NCBI GenBank assembly: GCA_965218695.1
Contig: OZ244651.1
Location: 608,001 to 672,000 of the forward strand
Direction: 5' to 3'
Origin: Nitrosopumilus sp.
GTDB lineage: Archaea > Thermoproteota > Nitrososphaeria > Nitrososphaerales > Nitrosopumilaceae
Length of the DNA stretch: 64,000 bases
A program made the translations under genes and the position numbers. Position 1 is the stretch's first letter. Every line of letters begins with the position of its first letter. The notes under the pieces were generated by a model. The model had not been told where the DNA came from and did not search any database. It worked only from the letters and a program-made list of their open reading frames with translations. Of this stretch, positions 20,690 to 30,368 are shown piece by piece.

Positions 20690-21034
20690 ATGGCATACAC
20701 GTGTCCGGCCTGCCAGAGGGCCGAACCCGGACGGACAAAGGAACAATATTGGAAGTGGGTTGACAGGGGCACGAAGAGGTATCTGTGCGACGACTGTACC
20801 AAGGAGATGAACCGTGATCTTAAATCCGGGGAACACAAAAAATACGTCAGAAAGACCCAGCTTGGCACGCCGCACCCGCCTTCTTGGCAGCGGGCATGGA
20901 CAGACGGCGACATCAAACGGCTCGGCGAGCCTGACTTTTTTGGCGCAAACATGTCACCCGGGGGCGGGAAGCATCCAAGTCGGATATACATGGTGGCAAG
21001 GATAAGGAAGGCCGAAGAGTGCTTTCTCTCATAG
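20690..21034 (+). CDS. Hypothetical protein with N-terminal zinc finger
   Basis: MAYTCPAC...YLCDDC; TTTTATAA upstream. Confidence 0.7.
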   Translation: MAYTCPACQRAEPGRTKEQYWKWVDRGTKRYLCDDCTKEMNRDLKSGEHKKYVRKTQLGTPHPPSWQRAWTDGDIKRLGEPDFFGANMSPGGGKHPSRIYMVARIRKAEECFLS

Positions 21035-21301
21035 CACGTCATCTGATGATGCCGTCAATTGACGCGTATACGTGCATCCAATCCAAACCACGGATTGCAT
21101 CACATGCAGCGTCTGCAGTAACGAGTAGCGGGCAAAGAATAGCGGCCGGTGCAATTATGCCTACTCCGTACTTCACCTGATTTCAGGTTTGATGATGCAA
21201 TAGAAGAGGCATGGCCTGATGGCGTTGACCCCAATGCGGTTTTTTATTTTGGGAAGAGTCCAGCACACTAATGATGCCCCACGGCCAGATCCGGCTACCA
21301 A

Positions 21302-21730
21302 TCATGAATCAAGTTTCTGTATGATGTCTGTCGTATGGGTGTCTGTCAGAAACGTGTCAGGGCCGGACGCAAACTCCAGTGCAAAATCGAGTCCGTCTGA
21401 GGGATTCACGTGCTTCCCTATGATGGTGCCACAATACTCCGCCCGGTCGCAACGAATCTCAAGTATAAAGTCGGCCGAACCGCCGGCCTTGATGAAAGAT
21501 TCAGTCGTCATGCCACCACCGGCCGAATCGCTCGTGCCTGCCGAAAAACCCACGGATTTGGTCAGCATCTTGTTGCATGAATACGCGCTGTGGCAATACT
21601 CGGCACGCGCTCCGTCCCTTTCCAGCACCACGAGCCCGTATTCATCCTGGGTTATCGTGATGTTGCCTGCCGTGATCCGGTGTATGAATAGAAAATATGC
21701 GTAATCCATCCATTTTGCCAGTCCGGCCAT
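21302..21730 (-). CDS. Hypothetical protein, possibly truncated
   Basis: 142-codon ORF next to an IS fragment. Confidence 0.35.
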   Translation of the reverse strand: MAGLAKWMDYAYFLFIHRITAGNITITQDEYGLVVLERDGARAEYCHSAYSCNKMLTKSVGFSAGTSDSAGGGMTTESFIKAGGSADFILEIRCDRAEYCGTIIGKHVNPSDGLDFALEFASGPDTFLTDTHTTDIIQKLDS

Positions 21731-21879
21731 AAAAAACCGGAAAAATACGGCCCAAAACTACTCGTGTCGGGCATGTGGCAAGTCCGCTCGCCTCAAAATC
21801 CAAAACAACATGCGCAGCCTTGCAGCACTTCATCGTGCCCTGAATTCTACTAAACCGGAGCTTTGGAGCAGGCCCTGTC

Positions 21880-22369
21880 CCAGTCGACTGACGTCTTCCA
21901 CTGCACCGGCGGCGGCGGACCCTTTTCCATAAAGTCCCACAATGTTCAGGTTTACCAGTCCGGTGATCACGTTAAACTCCCGGTTGAACTGTGCCGCGGT
22001 CCCGTCATACGGGTCGGCAAGACGCGCGTAGCGCTTGAGCCTGCCTATGGTGTGCTCGACTAGCACGCGTTCGGAGTGGATCCTGCGGTTGTGCTCCCTT
22101 TGCTCTGGAGTCAGGGGCGTCTTTTTGGTCTTCTTGTGCGGGATCTCCGGGGTTGTGCCGGGCAGGTGGTCTGCGACTCCCTGGTAGCCGCGGTCGACGA
22201 CGGGGTGGCACCTGTCTGATTCTGGCAGGTCCGGATCGTGCATCGCCTCCTCCCACCTTCCAAACGGCATGGGGCGTTCCTTGAGAAGCGTGATGTCGCC
22301 GACTGACCCGACGGTGCTTTTTGATATGCCAATCACCGCCCCGTTCTGGTTGGTGTACACGTTGGTGTT
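21880..22369 (-). pseudogene. IS5-family (DDE_Tnp_4) transposase fragment
   Basis: DRGYQG...PHKK...LTPEQREHNR.I.SERVLVEHTIGRLK; 5' part truncated at a TA. Confidence 0.8.
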
Positions 22370-22446
22370 ATTGAATACATGATAACCCCACCCACCCACT
22401 ACCTGTGGCGGGCTGACCCCTAAATTCACCTGGTCACAAAGACCTA

Positions 22447-23701
22447 TACCAGCAAACAAAATTTCATGTGATTATCAAATATCTTTTTCACGTGCAGGGT
22501 TATACTCATCCCAAATGGAATAGTCAATGAAGACCAAGACGATGCTGAAAAGATACGCCGCTGAGAAGGACTGCAATGTCAAGGACCGCATGATGCTGAT
22601 CATCAGAATCCAACGTGACGGGATAACCATGAGGGATTCTGCAAAGTCCCTGGGAAAGTCAGGCTCGTGGGGCTACAAGTGGTATAAGCGCTACCTGGCA
22701 GACGGATTTGACAGGCTGACTGACATGCCGCGCTCCGGCAGGCCGACCAAGGCGGGCAAGGCAGACATGAAGAAGATCAGAAAGGACGCATGCAGGAAAC
22801 CTGTCTGGATGGGCAAGGAGATGCAGGAACGCATCCAACAGAAGACGGGGATAAAGTACAACATCATGCACGTACGCTACCTGCTGCGCGGGTGGGGCTA
22901 TTCCCAAAAGGTTCCCGTAGGAAAACATGCAAGAAGGGCGCCTGACGAGGAGATCAGGAAATTCCAAAAAGAGATGCCAGAGCTTATAAAAAAAAGAACA
23001 GTGAAGGAACAGTCGTAGCGATACAGGACGAGTCCATAGTAATCTCCGATGCGCGGCCGCGAAGACGCGGCTACACCAGGAAGGGAATACGGGCGTTTTT
23101 CACGTACACCGGCTCACACTCCAAGACGATAATCCATGGACTAATCACCACGGACGGCAGGGGCATGTTCCGGCAGTACGATGCGTTTACCAAGGACACC
23201 TTTGAAGACTTTCTAAAGCAGGCAGTATACAGGTTCAAGAAGATCTGCCTGATCATGGACAAGGCCTCCCAGCACAGGGCATCAAACATACGCAAACTAC
23301 TCGAAGGCACGGACGGCCTGGAGATAGTCTTCCTGCCGACTGCGACCCCGGACCTGAGTGCCATAGAGACGTACCGGGGGATCTCAAGAGGGCAGTCCTT
23401 GACGTGCCGTACACCAGCCTGCGCATGCTTCGCGAGGCGATCACCAGGTACACGAGGTACAAAAAACCAAACCTCGTCGTTGAAAACTTTCTGTACAGGG
23501 CCATCTGAGAGCAGCAGCATCAAACCGCATGGGACACGCAGTCAGCGTATGCCATGCACGATGCTTCAAGTGCCCACGATTCCAGGCGTCCAAGGGACGT
23601 TCACCACTTATTTGGACATTAACATGCGTCATAATTCCCAGATGCAGTTGCCGTATCAGGCATTTATGGAAAATTTTGATATGAATTTTTCATTGTCGGT
23701 A
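22447..23701 (+). mobile_element. IS630-family IS; orfA 22527-23018, -1 slip at A8 (22988-22995) into the DDE region, further frameshift near 23375
   Basis: HTH plus PRSGRP; -1 frame gives IQDES...MDKASQH...PDLSAIE; imperfect TIRs TACC..CAA..AAAA.TTCAT flanked by TA at both ends. Confidence 0.88.
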
Positions 23702-23863
23702 TACATGCATAATTCGCGGTACCAATCCACCAACTAATGACGATCCTGTGCGGTGTGACGAATGTGGATTTCAGTGTACTGGTACTGGCCATGAGAACTG
23801 TCATCCAGGCTGATCACAATTCCATTTTTAATTCCCTTTATACCATTTTGGACCAATGCGTAC

Positions 23864-24094
23864 ATGGTAAATTGTGCTATATGCAATAATGCTGTTCAAG
23901 GACGGGACTGGCTGATGTGCAACGATTGCGCTCTCTCGAACAATGTCTGCGTCCTGTGCAAGAACACTATACAGTGGCGCGACGGGCTAGTATGCGACAA
24001 CTGCGCGCGTTCGAAGAACGTCTGTAGTAATTGCGGGAATCATTGGGACGGGGCAAATATTACTGGTAGCCTGGTGTGCGACGACTGCGACTGA
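23864..24094 (+). CDS. 76-aa protein of three tandem double-CxxC repeats
   Basis: CAIC..CNDC / CVLC..CDNC / CSNC..CDDC; CCC-TTTATA 27 nt upstream. Confidence 0.8.
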   Translation: MVNCAICNNAVQGRDWLMCNDCALSNNVCVLCKNTIQWRDGLVCDNCARSKNVCSNCGNHWDGANITGSLVCDDCD

Positions 24095-24407
24095 GCATTA
24101 CCTGTGCAGTGCTATAATGTGAACGTCGCACCTACTGCAATCCGAGGACAACCTGTCTTCCGGCCTGCCGCAACTGTGGACTGCGTCGAACCATTGATTT
24201 CTGGGACAACAAGACCAAACGGTACGCCCCAGCAGGAATCTTCTCATACGAAGTATCAGCCAATGATCCAGGACAGTGCGGCGAGATGCTGCGGGATCTG
24301 AACCGGCGCCTGAAGAACAAGACACAGAAGTAGTCTCACTCAGTTCAAACACACGGAACAAAAACGGCGAGACTCCTCTTAAAAGGAAAATAATCGGTAA
24401 AGATAAC

Positions 24408-25121
24408 ATGGTAGGTAAACGCATCCTCATAATACCAGACATACACAACGTCTGGCACGTAGCTGAAAAAATAATCAGAAAAGAAAAACCAGACAGGACT
24501 GTATTCCTTGGAGACTATTTTGACGACTTTGGCGATGACTGGCGCGTGGCAAAGAACACCGCAAAATGGCTCGCAGAATCCTTAAGGGATGAAACCAGGA
24601 CGCATCTGATTGGAAACCACGATCTCGGCTACATGGCAAAAAATCCCTATCTGAGATGTTCAGGATACGACGGGGAGAAACACATCGAGATACAAAAAGT
24701 CGGCATTGACTGGAACCTGTTGCAGATGTATTGTTGGGTGGACGGCTGGTTGTGCACGCACGCGGGGCTATCTGACAGTTTTCTGTCGCTGATCAGGAAG
24801 AATCCTGATGATTCCGTGAAAAAGGTATTGGGGTATTCGTGGAACGGTCTTGGCAAAACGTTGACGGACGTCGGATACGACCATCCGTTCTTTCATGTAG
24901 GATACACGCGCAGAGGCGACTTTCCGGTCGGAGGGCCATTGTGGTGCGACTATGATGAATTTGTTGACGTACCTGGAGTGAGACAGATATTCGGACACAC
25001 TAGGAGGCCTTTTGTCAGGCATCATGAAATGGGCAGTGCGGAGCATTATTGCATTGACACGGGACTTGCGCACTATGCCATTGTGGACGGCGGCACCATC
25101 AGCATACTGACTAGGCCTTGA
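24408..25121 (+). CDS. Calcineurin-like metallophosphoesterase
   Basis: DIH, GDYFD, GNHD, THAG, FGHT, IDTG motifs. Confidence 0.88.
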   Translation: MVGKRILIIPDIHNVWHVAEKIIRKEKPDRTVFLGDYFDDFGDDWRVAKNTAKWLAESLRDETRTHLIGNHDLGYMAKNPYLRCSGYDGEKHIEIQKVGIDWNLLQMYCWVDGWLCTHAGLSDSFLSLIRKNPDDSVKKVLGYSWNGLGKTLTDVGYDHPFFHVGYTRRGDFPVGGPLWCDYDEFVDVPGVRQIFGHTRRPFVRHHEMGSAEHYCIDTGLAHYAIVDGGTISILTRP

Positions 25122-25195
25122 ATGCCGCCGACATTACCAGAAACGGATTTGAATACGAATGAAAATATTTTATGCTGTGCCTGCTACACGATAGC

Positions 25196-25306
25196 ATGAG
25201 ATGTATATGTAGTGCCAAACAAGGCGGCGGCTTGGAACCCACCCCGGTAATCGTTTCCGGTGAGATGAGTTGTAAAGCATGTGGCGTCGTGTTGACACCA
25301 ACCTAA
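25196..25306 (+). CDS. 36-aa stand-alone TFIIB-type zinc ribbon
   Basis: MRCICSAKQGGGLEPTPVIVSGEMSCKACGVVLTPT matches the TFB ribbon pattern GE.xCxxCG.V[LI]; GAAAATA-TTTTAT 28 nt upstream. Confidence 0.65.
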   Translation: MRCICSAKQGGGLEPTPVIVSGEMSCKACGVVLTPT

Positions 25307-25393
25307 ACCAAATCATGGTCTTGTCAGGCAGGGCACATTTTTCAAATGCGGTCACGAATTCTGTCCTTATACGGCTCTGTATCATGCAAAACA

Positions 25394-25936
25394 ATGTCCG
25401 AGACGACTGAACAATATATCACGCCGGCCGGCTTGAAGGGCAAGCGCGGCTGGACGGACCAGATGATACGCAAACTGTTAGGTGGGCCAGACAAGGTCGC
25501 GCCCAACCCGCACTACAGGACGGCCGCTCCGATGAGACTGTATCTAGTCGGACGCGTGGAGCAGGCAGAGAAATCAGGGTTGTTTGTAAGGCACGAGCCA
25601 GATCCAAGGAGGCAGAAGGCGGCCGCAAAGGCAGTACAGACCAAGATGCGCAACCTCATGAGGTGGGCCAAATACGTCAGGATCAAGTACGATTTTCCCG
25701 AGTCCGGCAAACTCCGCGGCGACGACAGGCAGAAGGTCAACTACCTGAGGCACGAGTGCACCGCGTACGACGACACGCTGGCCTCCATGTACGGCGTGAC
25801 CGGCCGGCGCGTGGCGTATCCTGTAATCAAGGGCCGCATGCTGGAAAAGATTGCCGGGGAGTTTCCCGAACTGGCAGGCGAGGCGCGCTTGCAGTCTGCA
25901 GGACATCTGGCCGGCTTATATGAAATGCCGGCCTGA
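25394..25936 (+). CDS. Conserved-looking hypothetical protein (RGWT...NPHY...LY and NYLRH..T.YD motifs)
   Basis: 180-aa ORF; C-terminal motif reminiscent of DUF2293; CC-TTATAC 27 nt upstream. Confidence 0.7.
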   Translation: MSETTEQYITPAGLKGKRGWTDQMIRKLLGGPDKVAPNPHYRTAAPMRLYLVGRVEQAEKSGLFVRHEPDPRRQKAAAKAVQTKMRNLMRWAKYVRIKYDFPESGKLRGDDRQKVNYLRHECTAYDDTLASMYGVTGRRVAYPVIKGRMLEKIAGEFPELAGEARLQSAGHLAGLYEMPA

Positions 25937-25965
25937 CATTCCATGACACCCCGGAACGCACGCCC

Positions 25966-28900
25966 ATGACCGGGCCGCTCATGCTGGTCTCGGCGTCGTA
26001 CGACAGCGCCGACAAGCGCGTCGTGCTCAAGTTCTATGATCCCGCATCGCACAAGATTGTTCTCTGGAAGGACAACACCGGGCACAGACCGTATTGCTAT
26101 TCCAAGCTGTCCGCAGACGAACTGCGCGAAATCAGGAGCATGGACCGCGTGACCGGCATAAGCCGCGTGGTGCTGCATGACCTGGCAAAGGACAAACCCG
26201 TGGGCATGTCAAAGATAACGGCCGCGGATCCGTTTGCCATCATCGGGACGTACGACCAGCCCGGCGTGAAAAACAAGATAGAGGCGTGGGAGGCCGACAT
26301 CCGTTACCACGAGTCGTACCTGTACGACAGGAACCTCATCGTCGGCCGGTATTACAGGATAGAGGACGGGTGCGTCGTGCCGCACTCCATGGAGATATCC
26401 GGCGACGTGCAATCTGCGCTGAAGACGCTGCTGTGGGACAAAATGGACGACGGCAGCGTGGTGGATGCAGACGAGTTCAGGGAGTTCGTCACGTCGTGGG
26501 CCGACCTGCTGAACCAGCCCATCCCGGACATCAGGAGGCTGGCAGTCGACATAGAGGTGGAGTCAGAAGGCGGCAGGATTCCGGATCCCATTATAGCAGA
26601 CAAGAAGATCACCGCCGTCGGGCTCAAGGGAACCGGGCTTGACCGCGTGTTCGTTCTCAGGACGGAAGGCGTGCCGGAGGGCGAAGACGGCCTTGCAGGT
26701 AACGTCGGGGTGGCGTTTTACGACAGCGAAAAAGACATGATACGCGACGCGCTCAGGGTAATGGAATCGTTCCCGTTCGTGCTGACGTACAACGGCGACG
26801 AGTTTGACATGCCGTTTTTGTACAACCGGGCCAAGAGGCTCGGCATCGACGACAAGCAAAACCCGCTGTACATGATGAGGAACTCGGCCACGCTGAAAAA
26901 AGGGGTGCACCTGGACCTGTACCGGGTCATGTCCAACCGCTCGTTTCAGGTGTACGCGTTCAGCCAGGCGTACTCGGACTTTTCGCTTAACAGCGTGTCC
27001 AAGGCGCTTTTGGGCAAGGAGAAAATAGATTACGGGCTGAATTTCGACCAGATGTCACTCTGCCAGACCGCGAACTATTGCTACAACGACTCGCTGCTCA
27101 CGTACGAGCTTACCAGTTTCAACGGCGACATACTGATGAACCTGCTGGTAATCATATCCAGGATCGGCCGCATGCCGATTGACGGCATAGCCCGGATGGG
27201 GGTGTCGCAGTGGATCAAGAGCCTGCTGTATTACGAGCACCGGGTGCGCGGCTGCCTCATACCGAACCGGAAGGACCTGGACGCGCGCTCGCAGGGCGTG
27301 ATATCCGATGCCGTGATCAAGGACAAGAAGTACAAGGGCGGCCTGGTCGTGCAGCCCAAGGAAGGGGTGCATTTCGACGTCGTGGTGATGGACTTTGCCA
27401 GCCTGTATCCGAGCATAATCAAGGTAAGGAACCTGTCGTACGAGACCGTCAGGTGCCCGCACCCGGAGTGCCGCGCCAACGCCATACCGCTGACCAACCA
27501 CTGGGCATGCAAGAAGAGGAACGGCCTGACTGCCATGATAATCGGCTCGCTGCGCGACCTGAGGGTGAACTACTACAAGAGCCTGTCAAGGAACGAGTCG
27601 TTCACCGAAAAGCAGCGGGACCAGTATACCGTGGTGACGCAGGCACTCAAGGTCATACTGAATGCCAGTTACGGCGTGATGGGCGCCGACATATTCCCGC
27701 TGTATTTCCTGCCTGCGGCCGAGGCCACTACTGCCATAGGAAGGCATACCATCCAGGGCAGCATCGAGATTTGCAAGGCACAGGGAGTCGACGTGCTGTA
27801 TGGGGATAGTACGCCCGGGGACACGCCGGTAACATGCGAAAGAAACGGCATTAGGCAAATCATACCGATACGATCTCTGGCACCCAGCACGGTAACACAC
27901 GGCAGGCAGTCACACGCAGCGCTAAAGGTGCTGTCTGATACGGGGTTTGTTGATGTGGCGTATTCATACGTGCACACCGTGAAAAAAACAGGATACAGAA
28001 TAGGGACGAGAAAATCATACGTCGAGGTTACCGATGATCACAGCTTGATAATTGACGGGAAAGAGACGAAACCCAGCCAACTACGAATTGGGGACACAAT
28101 TGACATTTTACCGAACAACATTCGGGTGTTTGACAATGACCGCGTGCTATCAGACGACATGGCATGGCTGTTCGGGTTCTACATATCTGATGGCACGCTT
28201 GTTTGCGAGCGGGGGACCAATATATGGAGAATAGTGAAAAACGATAAGACCAAACTGGAGAAGGCGCAAAAAATAATAGCCAAACACCTAGGGTTCAAAA
28301 CCAAGGTATCACTCTGTCCATCGAGGGACAAACTGCATATGATAACATCTATGGACAAGTCCGTATCTACCATCGCCAAATATTTTGCATACCATTGTTA
28401 TTCCGGCAAGACCAAAATAATACCCGGGTGCATTCTGAATGGCACGAACCGAGTCAAGAACGCGTTTTTGCAGGGGGTGATAGACGGCGACGGACACGTG
28501 GACAAGAAAGACAAGTCAATCACGTTTGGACAAATACACAAGTCCGTGCTGGCAGGATACATCTCAATCATCACTGATTTGGGGCATGATTACTCCTTGA
28601 AGTTCAGGCGCGACAAGCCGAATTTCATATCCGTCCGGATAATCAGGAACAAGCATGACGTCAGGATCAGGCGCGCCAACGCCATAACACTTCTGGAAAA
28701 ATTCATCATAGACGAACCGGTGTATGATTTCTCTACTGCCAATGAGCATTTCCGAGGCGGCCTTGGCAACATTCTACTACACAACACCGACAGCGTCTTT
28801 TTACTGTCTCCGGATGACACACAGGTAAAATCCATAATATCGCAGGCCAAGGCAAAGTTCAAGGTTGATTTGGAGGCCGACAAGGAATACCGCTACTGCG

Positions 28901-29454
28901 TGTTCAGCAACCGCAAGAAGAACTATTTCGGCGTGACGAGGTCAGGAAAGCTGGACGTCAAGGGCCTGACTGGCAAAAAGTCTCACACCCCGCCTTTCAT
29001 CAAACAGGCGTTCAAGGAAATACTCGGCATACTGTCCGGGATCCACACGCCCGACGACTTTGAGGAGGCAAAGAAGAAGATATCGACAAGGATCGCCGAC
29101 TACGGCGGCCGCGTGGTGGCGCGGGAGATACCGCTGCAGGACCTGGCGTTTACTGTCCGGCTGAGCAAGCCGCCTGCCGAATACACCAAGACAATCCCCC
29201 AGCACATCAAGGCCGCGAAACAACTTGACAATGCCGACATGGTGAGGAGCGGCGACCGCATATCGTTTGTCAAGGTCATAGGCAAGATCGGCGTGCGGCC
29301 TGTCGAGAAGGCCAGGCGCGACGAGATCGACACCAGGAAATACATGGCGTTCATGGAGTCCACGCTGGAGCAGATCACGTCGTCGATGGGGCTGGATTTT
29401 GACACCATGCTGCAGAAGCCGAAACAATCAGGCATGGACGAATTTTTCTGGTAA
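25966..29454 (+). CDS. polB: Family B DNA polymerase (PolB1-like) with intein
   Basis: ExoI DIE, ExoII YNGDEFD, ExoIII YCYND, DFASLYPS, KVILNASYG, YGD|TDS, C-terminal PIP box QSGMDEFF. Confidence 0.95.
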   Translation: MTGPLMLVSASYDSADKRVVLKFYDPASHKIVLWKDNTGHRPYCYSKLSADELREIRSMDRVTGISRVVLHDLAKDKPVGMSKITAADPFAIIGTYDQPGVKNKIEAWEADIRYHESYLYDRNLIVGRYYRIEDGCVVPHSMEISGDVQSALKTLLWDKMDDGSVVDADEFREFVTSWADLLNQPIPDIRRLAVDIEVESEGGRIPDPIIADKKITAVGLKGTGLDRVFVLRTEGVPEGEDGLAGNVGVAFYDSEKDMIRDALRVMESFPFVLTYNGDEFDMPFLYNRAKRLGIDDKQNPLYMMRNSATLKKGVHLDLYRVMSNRSFQVYAFSQAYSDFSLNSVSKALLGKEKIDYGLNFDQMSLCQTANYCYNDSLLTYELTSFNGDILMNLLVIISRIGRMPIDGIARMGVSQWIKSLLYYEHRVRGCLIPNRKDLDARSQGVISDAVIKDKKYKGGLVVQPKEGVHFDVVVMDFASLYPSIIKVRNLSYETVRCPHPECRANAIPLTNHWACKKRNGLTAMIIGSLRDLRVNYYKSLSRNESFTEKQRDQYTVVTQALKVILNASYGVMGADIFPLYFLPAAEATTAIGRHTIQGSIEICKAQGVDVLYGDSTPGDTPVTCERNGIRQIIPIRSLAPSTVTHGRQSHAALKVLSDTGFVDVAYSYVHTVKKTGYRIGTRKSYVEVTDDHSLIIDGKETKPSQLRIGDTIDILPNNIRVFDNDRVLSDDMAWLFGFYISDGTLVCERGTNIWRIVKNDKTKLEKAQKIIAKHLGFKTKVSLCPSRDKLHMITSMDKSVSTIAKYFAYHCYSGKTKIIPGCILNGTNRVKNAFLQGVIDGDGHVDKKDKSITFGQIHKSVLAGYISIITDLGHDYSLKFRRDKPNFISVRIIRNKHDVRIRRANAITLLEKFIIDEPVYDFSTANEHFRGGLGNILLHNTDSVFLLSPDDTQVKSIISQAKAKFKVDLEADKEYRYCVFSNRKKNYFGVTRSGKLDVKGLTGKKSHTPPFIKQAFKEILGILSGIHTPDDFEEAKKKISTRIADYGGRVVAREIPLQDLAFTVRLSKPPAEYTKTIPQHIKAAKQLDNADMVRSGDRISFVKVIGKIGVRPVEKARRDEIDTRKYMAFMESTLEQITSSMGLDFDTMLQKPKQSGMDEFFW
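27808..28785 (+). mobile_element. Intein with LAGLIDADG homing endonuclease in PolB (326 aa)
   Basis: Splits YGD|TDS; starts STPGDT, block B VTDDH, FGFYISDG and FLQGVIDGDG, ends LLHN; more AT-rich than the extein. Confidence 0.92.
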
Positions 29455-29595
29455 CGTGTGCACAAGGCTCAGCATCTGTTATCAGTCCAAATCTGTTGTT
29501 CTTGTACAGGCATGAAAACCCCCTGGACTGCTGTCAGTCCAAACAGCCGATGCGAAAAATACATGGTGCTTTTATCATCATGGATCCTTCACCCC

Positions 29596-29769
29596 ATGAG
29601 CCTCTGCCAGTACTGCCGTAACGATACAGACAAGACGCATTTCGGCTGCCGCAGGGAGGCCAACCGGCGCGCCTACAATCCGAACGTCTGCTCGTGCTGC
29701 GGCGGCAACCATAACGACGGCAAGGATCATACAAAATGCATGAAGTGGGCGAATTTTCCGGGCTACTGA
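29596..29769 (+). CDS. 57-aa Cys/His-rich micro-protein
   Basis: MSLCQYC..HFGC...CSCCG...HTKC (two CxxC-x6..9-HxxC units); GC-TTTTAT 26 nt upstream. Confidence 0.7.
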   Translation: MSLCQYCRNDTDKTHFGCRREANRRAYNPNVCSCCGGNHNDGKDHTKCMKWANFPGY

Positions 29770-29816
29770 TCCTGGTCGCAAGTATGCCCTTTTTATCAAT
29801 CAGATCCAATCATTCC

Positions 29817-29891
29817 AGCGGGGTGGGGAAGTCAGGTCATCCCGGGGGGCCCATAACCCCCAGGTCGGCGGTTCGAATCCGTCTCCCGCTA
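29817..29891 (+). tRNA. tRNA-Met(CAT), initiator type
   Basis: Full cloverleaf: AGCGGGG/TCCCGCT with A1:U72, D stem GGGA/TCCC, anticodon stem GGGGG/CCCCC, loop CCCATAA, T loop TTCGAAT; no encoded CCA. Confidence 0.93.
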
Positions 29892-30332
29892 CTCCCACAT
29901 TATGTCAGGCTCTGGCCATTCTTCAACCACGCTGGGCATCCTTTTCATCTCTTTATCCAGGTAATCAAACCAAGACACCTTCAGCTCCTTGAGATCCGTG
30001 ATATCTATCACGATGAATGGTATCTTGGCAAGTTTGTAATCGGCGTTCCGCTTGGCCGTCCTTTTCGCGCCAGGCTTGGTGTGGTGGATCGAGCCGTCCA
30101 GCTCTATGACGTACTTGAGGCTGCCGTGCATGTCACGCACCATTATGTCCGGATGGTGCTGCACCGTGCCTTTCAGGTCTGGTTTTGACAGATCCTTGTA
30201 CACGCCGGTTACGGAATAGTCCCACCTTGAGATCAGGATGAAATGCTCCTTGAGTATCTGCTCGCCTGGTATGTTGTGGACGCCTTTGATGTAGGATATC
30301 AGTGAATGCAGCTGCGCGTCGTCTGTCTCCAT
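29889..30332 (-). CDS. DUF559/Vsr-like PD-(D/E)xK endonuclease
   Basis: HPDIMV...YVIELDGSIHH...RNADY..AKIPFIVI. Confidence 0.7.
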   Translation of the reverse strand: METDDAQLHSLISYIKGVHNIPGEQILKEHFILISRWDYSVTGVYKDLSKPDLKGTVQHHPDIMVRDMHGSLKYVIELDGSIHHTKPGAKRTAKRNADYKLAKIPFIVIDITDLKELKVSWFDYLDKEMKRMPSVVEEWPEPDIMWE

Positions 30333-30368
30333 GACGTGGCTGATTGGTTTGCTATTAAGGAAATGCTG

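Noticed and set aside
21035-21220. Possible C/D box sRNA (TGATGA and CTGA words)
   Set aside because: Box spacing does not fit a compact archaeal C/D guide and no target can be shown
7435-23701. Inverted repeats at ~7435 and ~23700 as ends of a 16-kb transposon
   Set aside because: The 23701 copy pairs with its own left TIR at 22447, and the 7435 copy is a ~235-bp right-end fragment of the same IS630 family
24118-24333. Open frame CERRTYCN...CRNCG...LNRRLKNKTQK
   Set aside because: Protein-like but has no start codon after the upstream TAA; possibly a decayed gene, not supportable as a CDS
29817-29891. tRNA as the integration (att) site of the island
   Set aside because: It lies mid-island and I saw no duplicate of its 3' end in the window; a copy outside the window cannot be excluded
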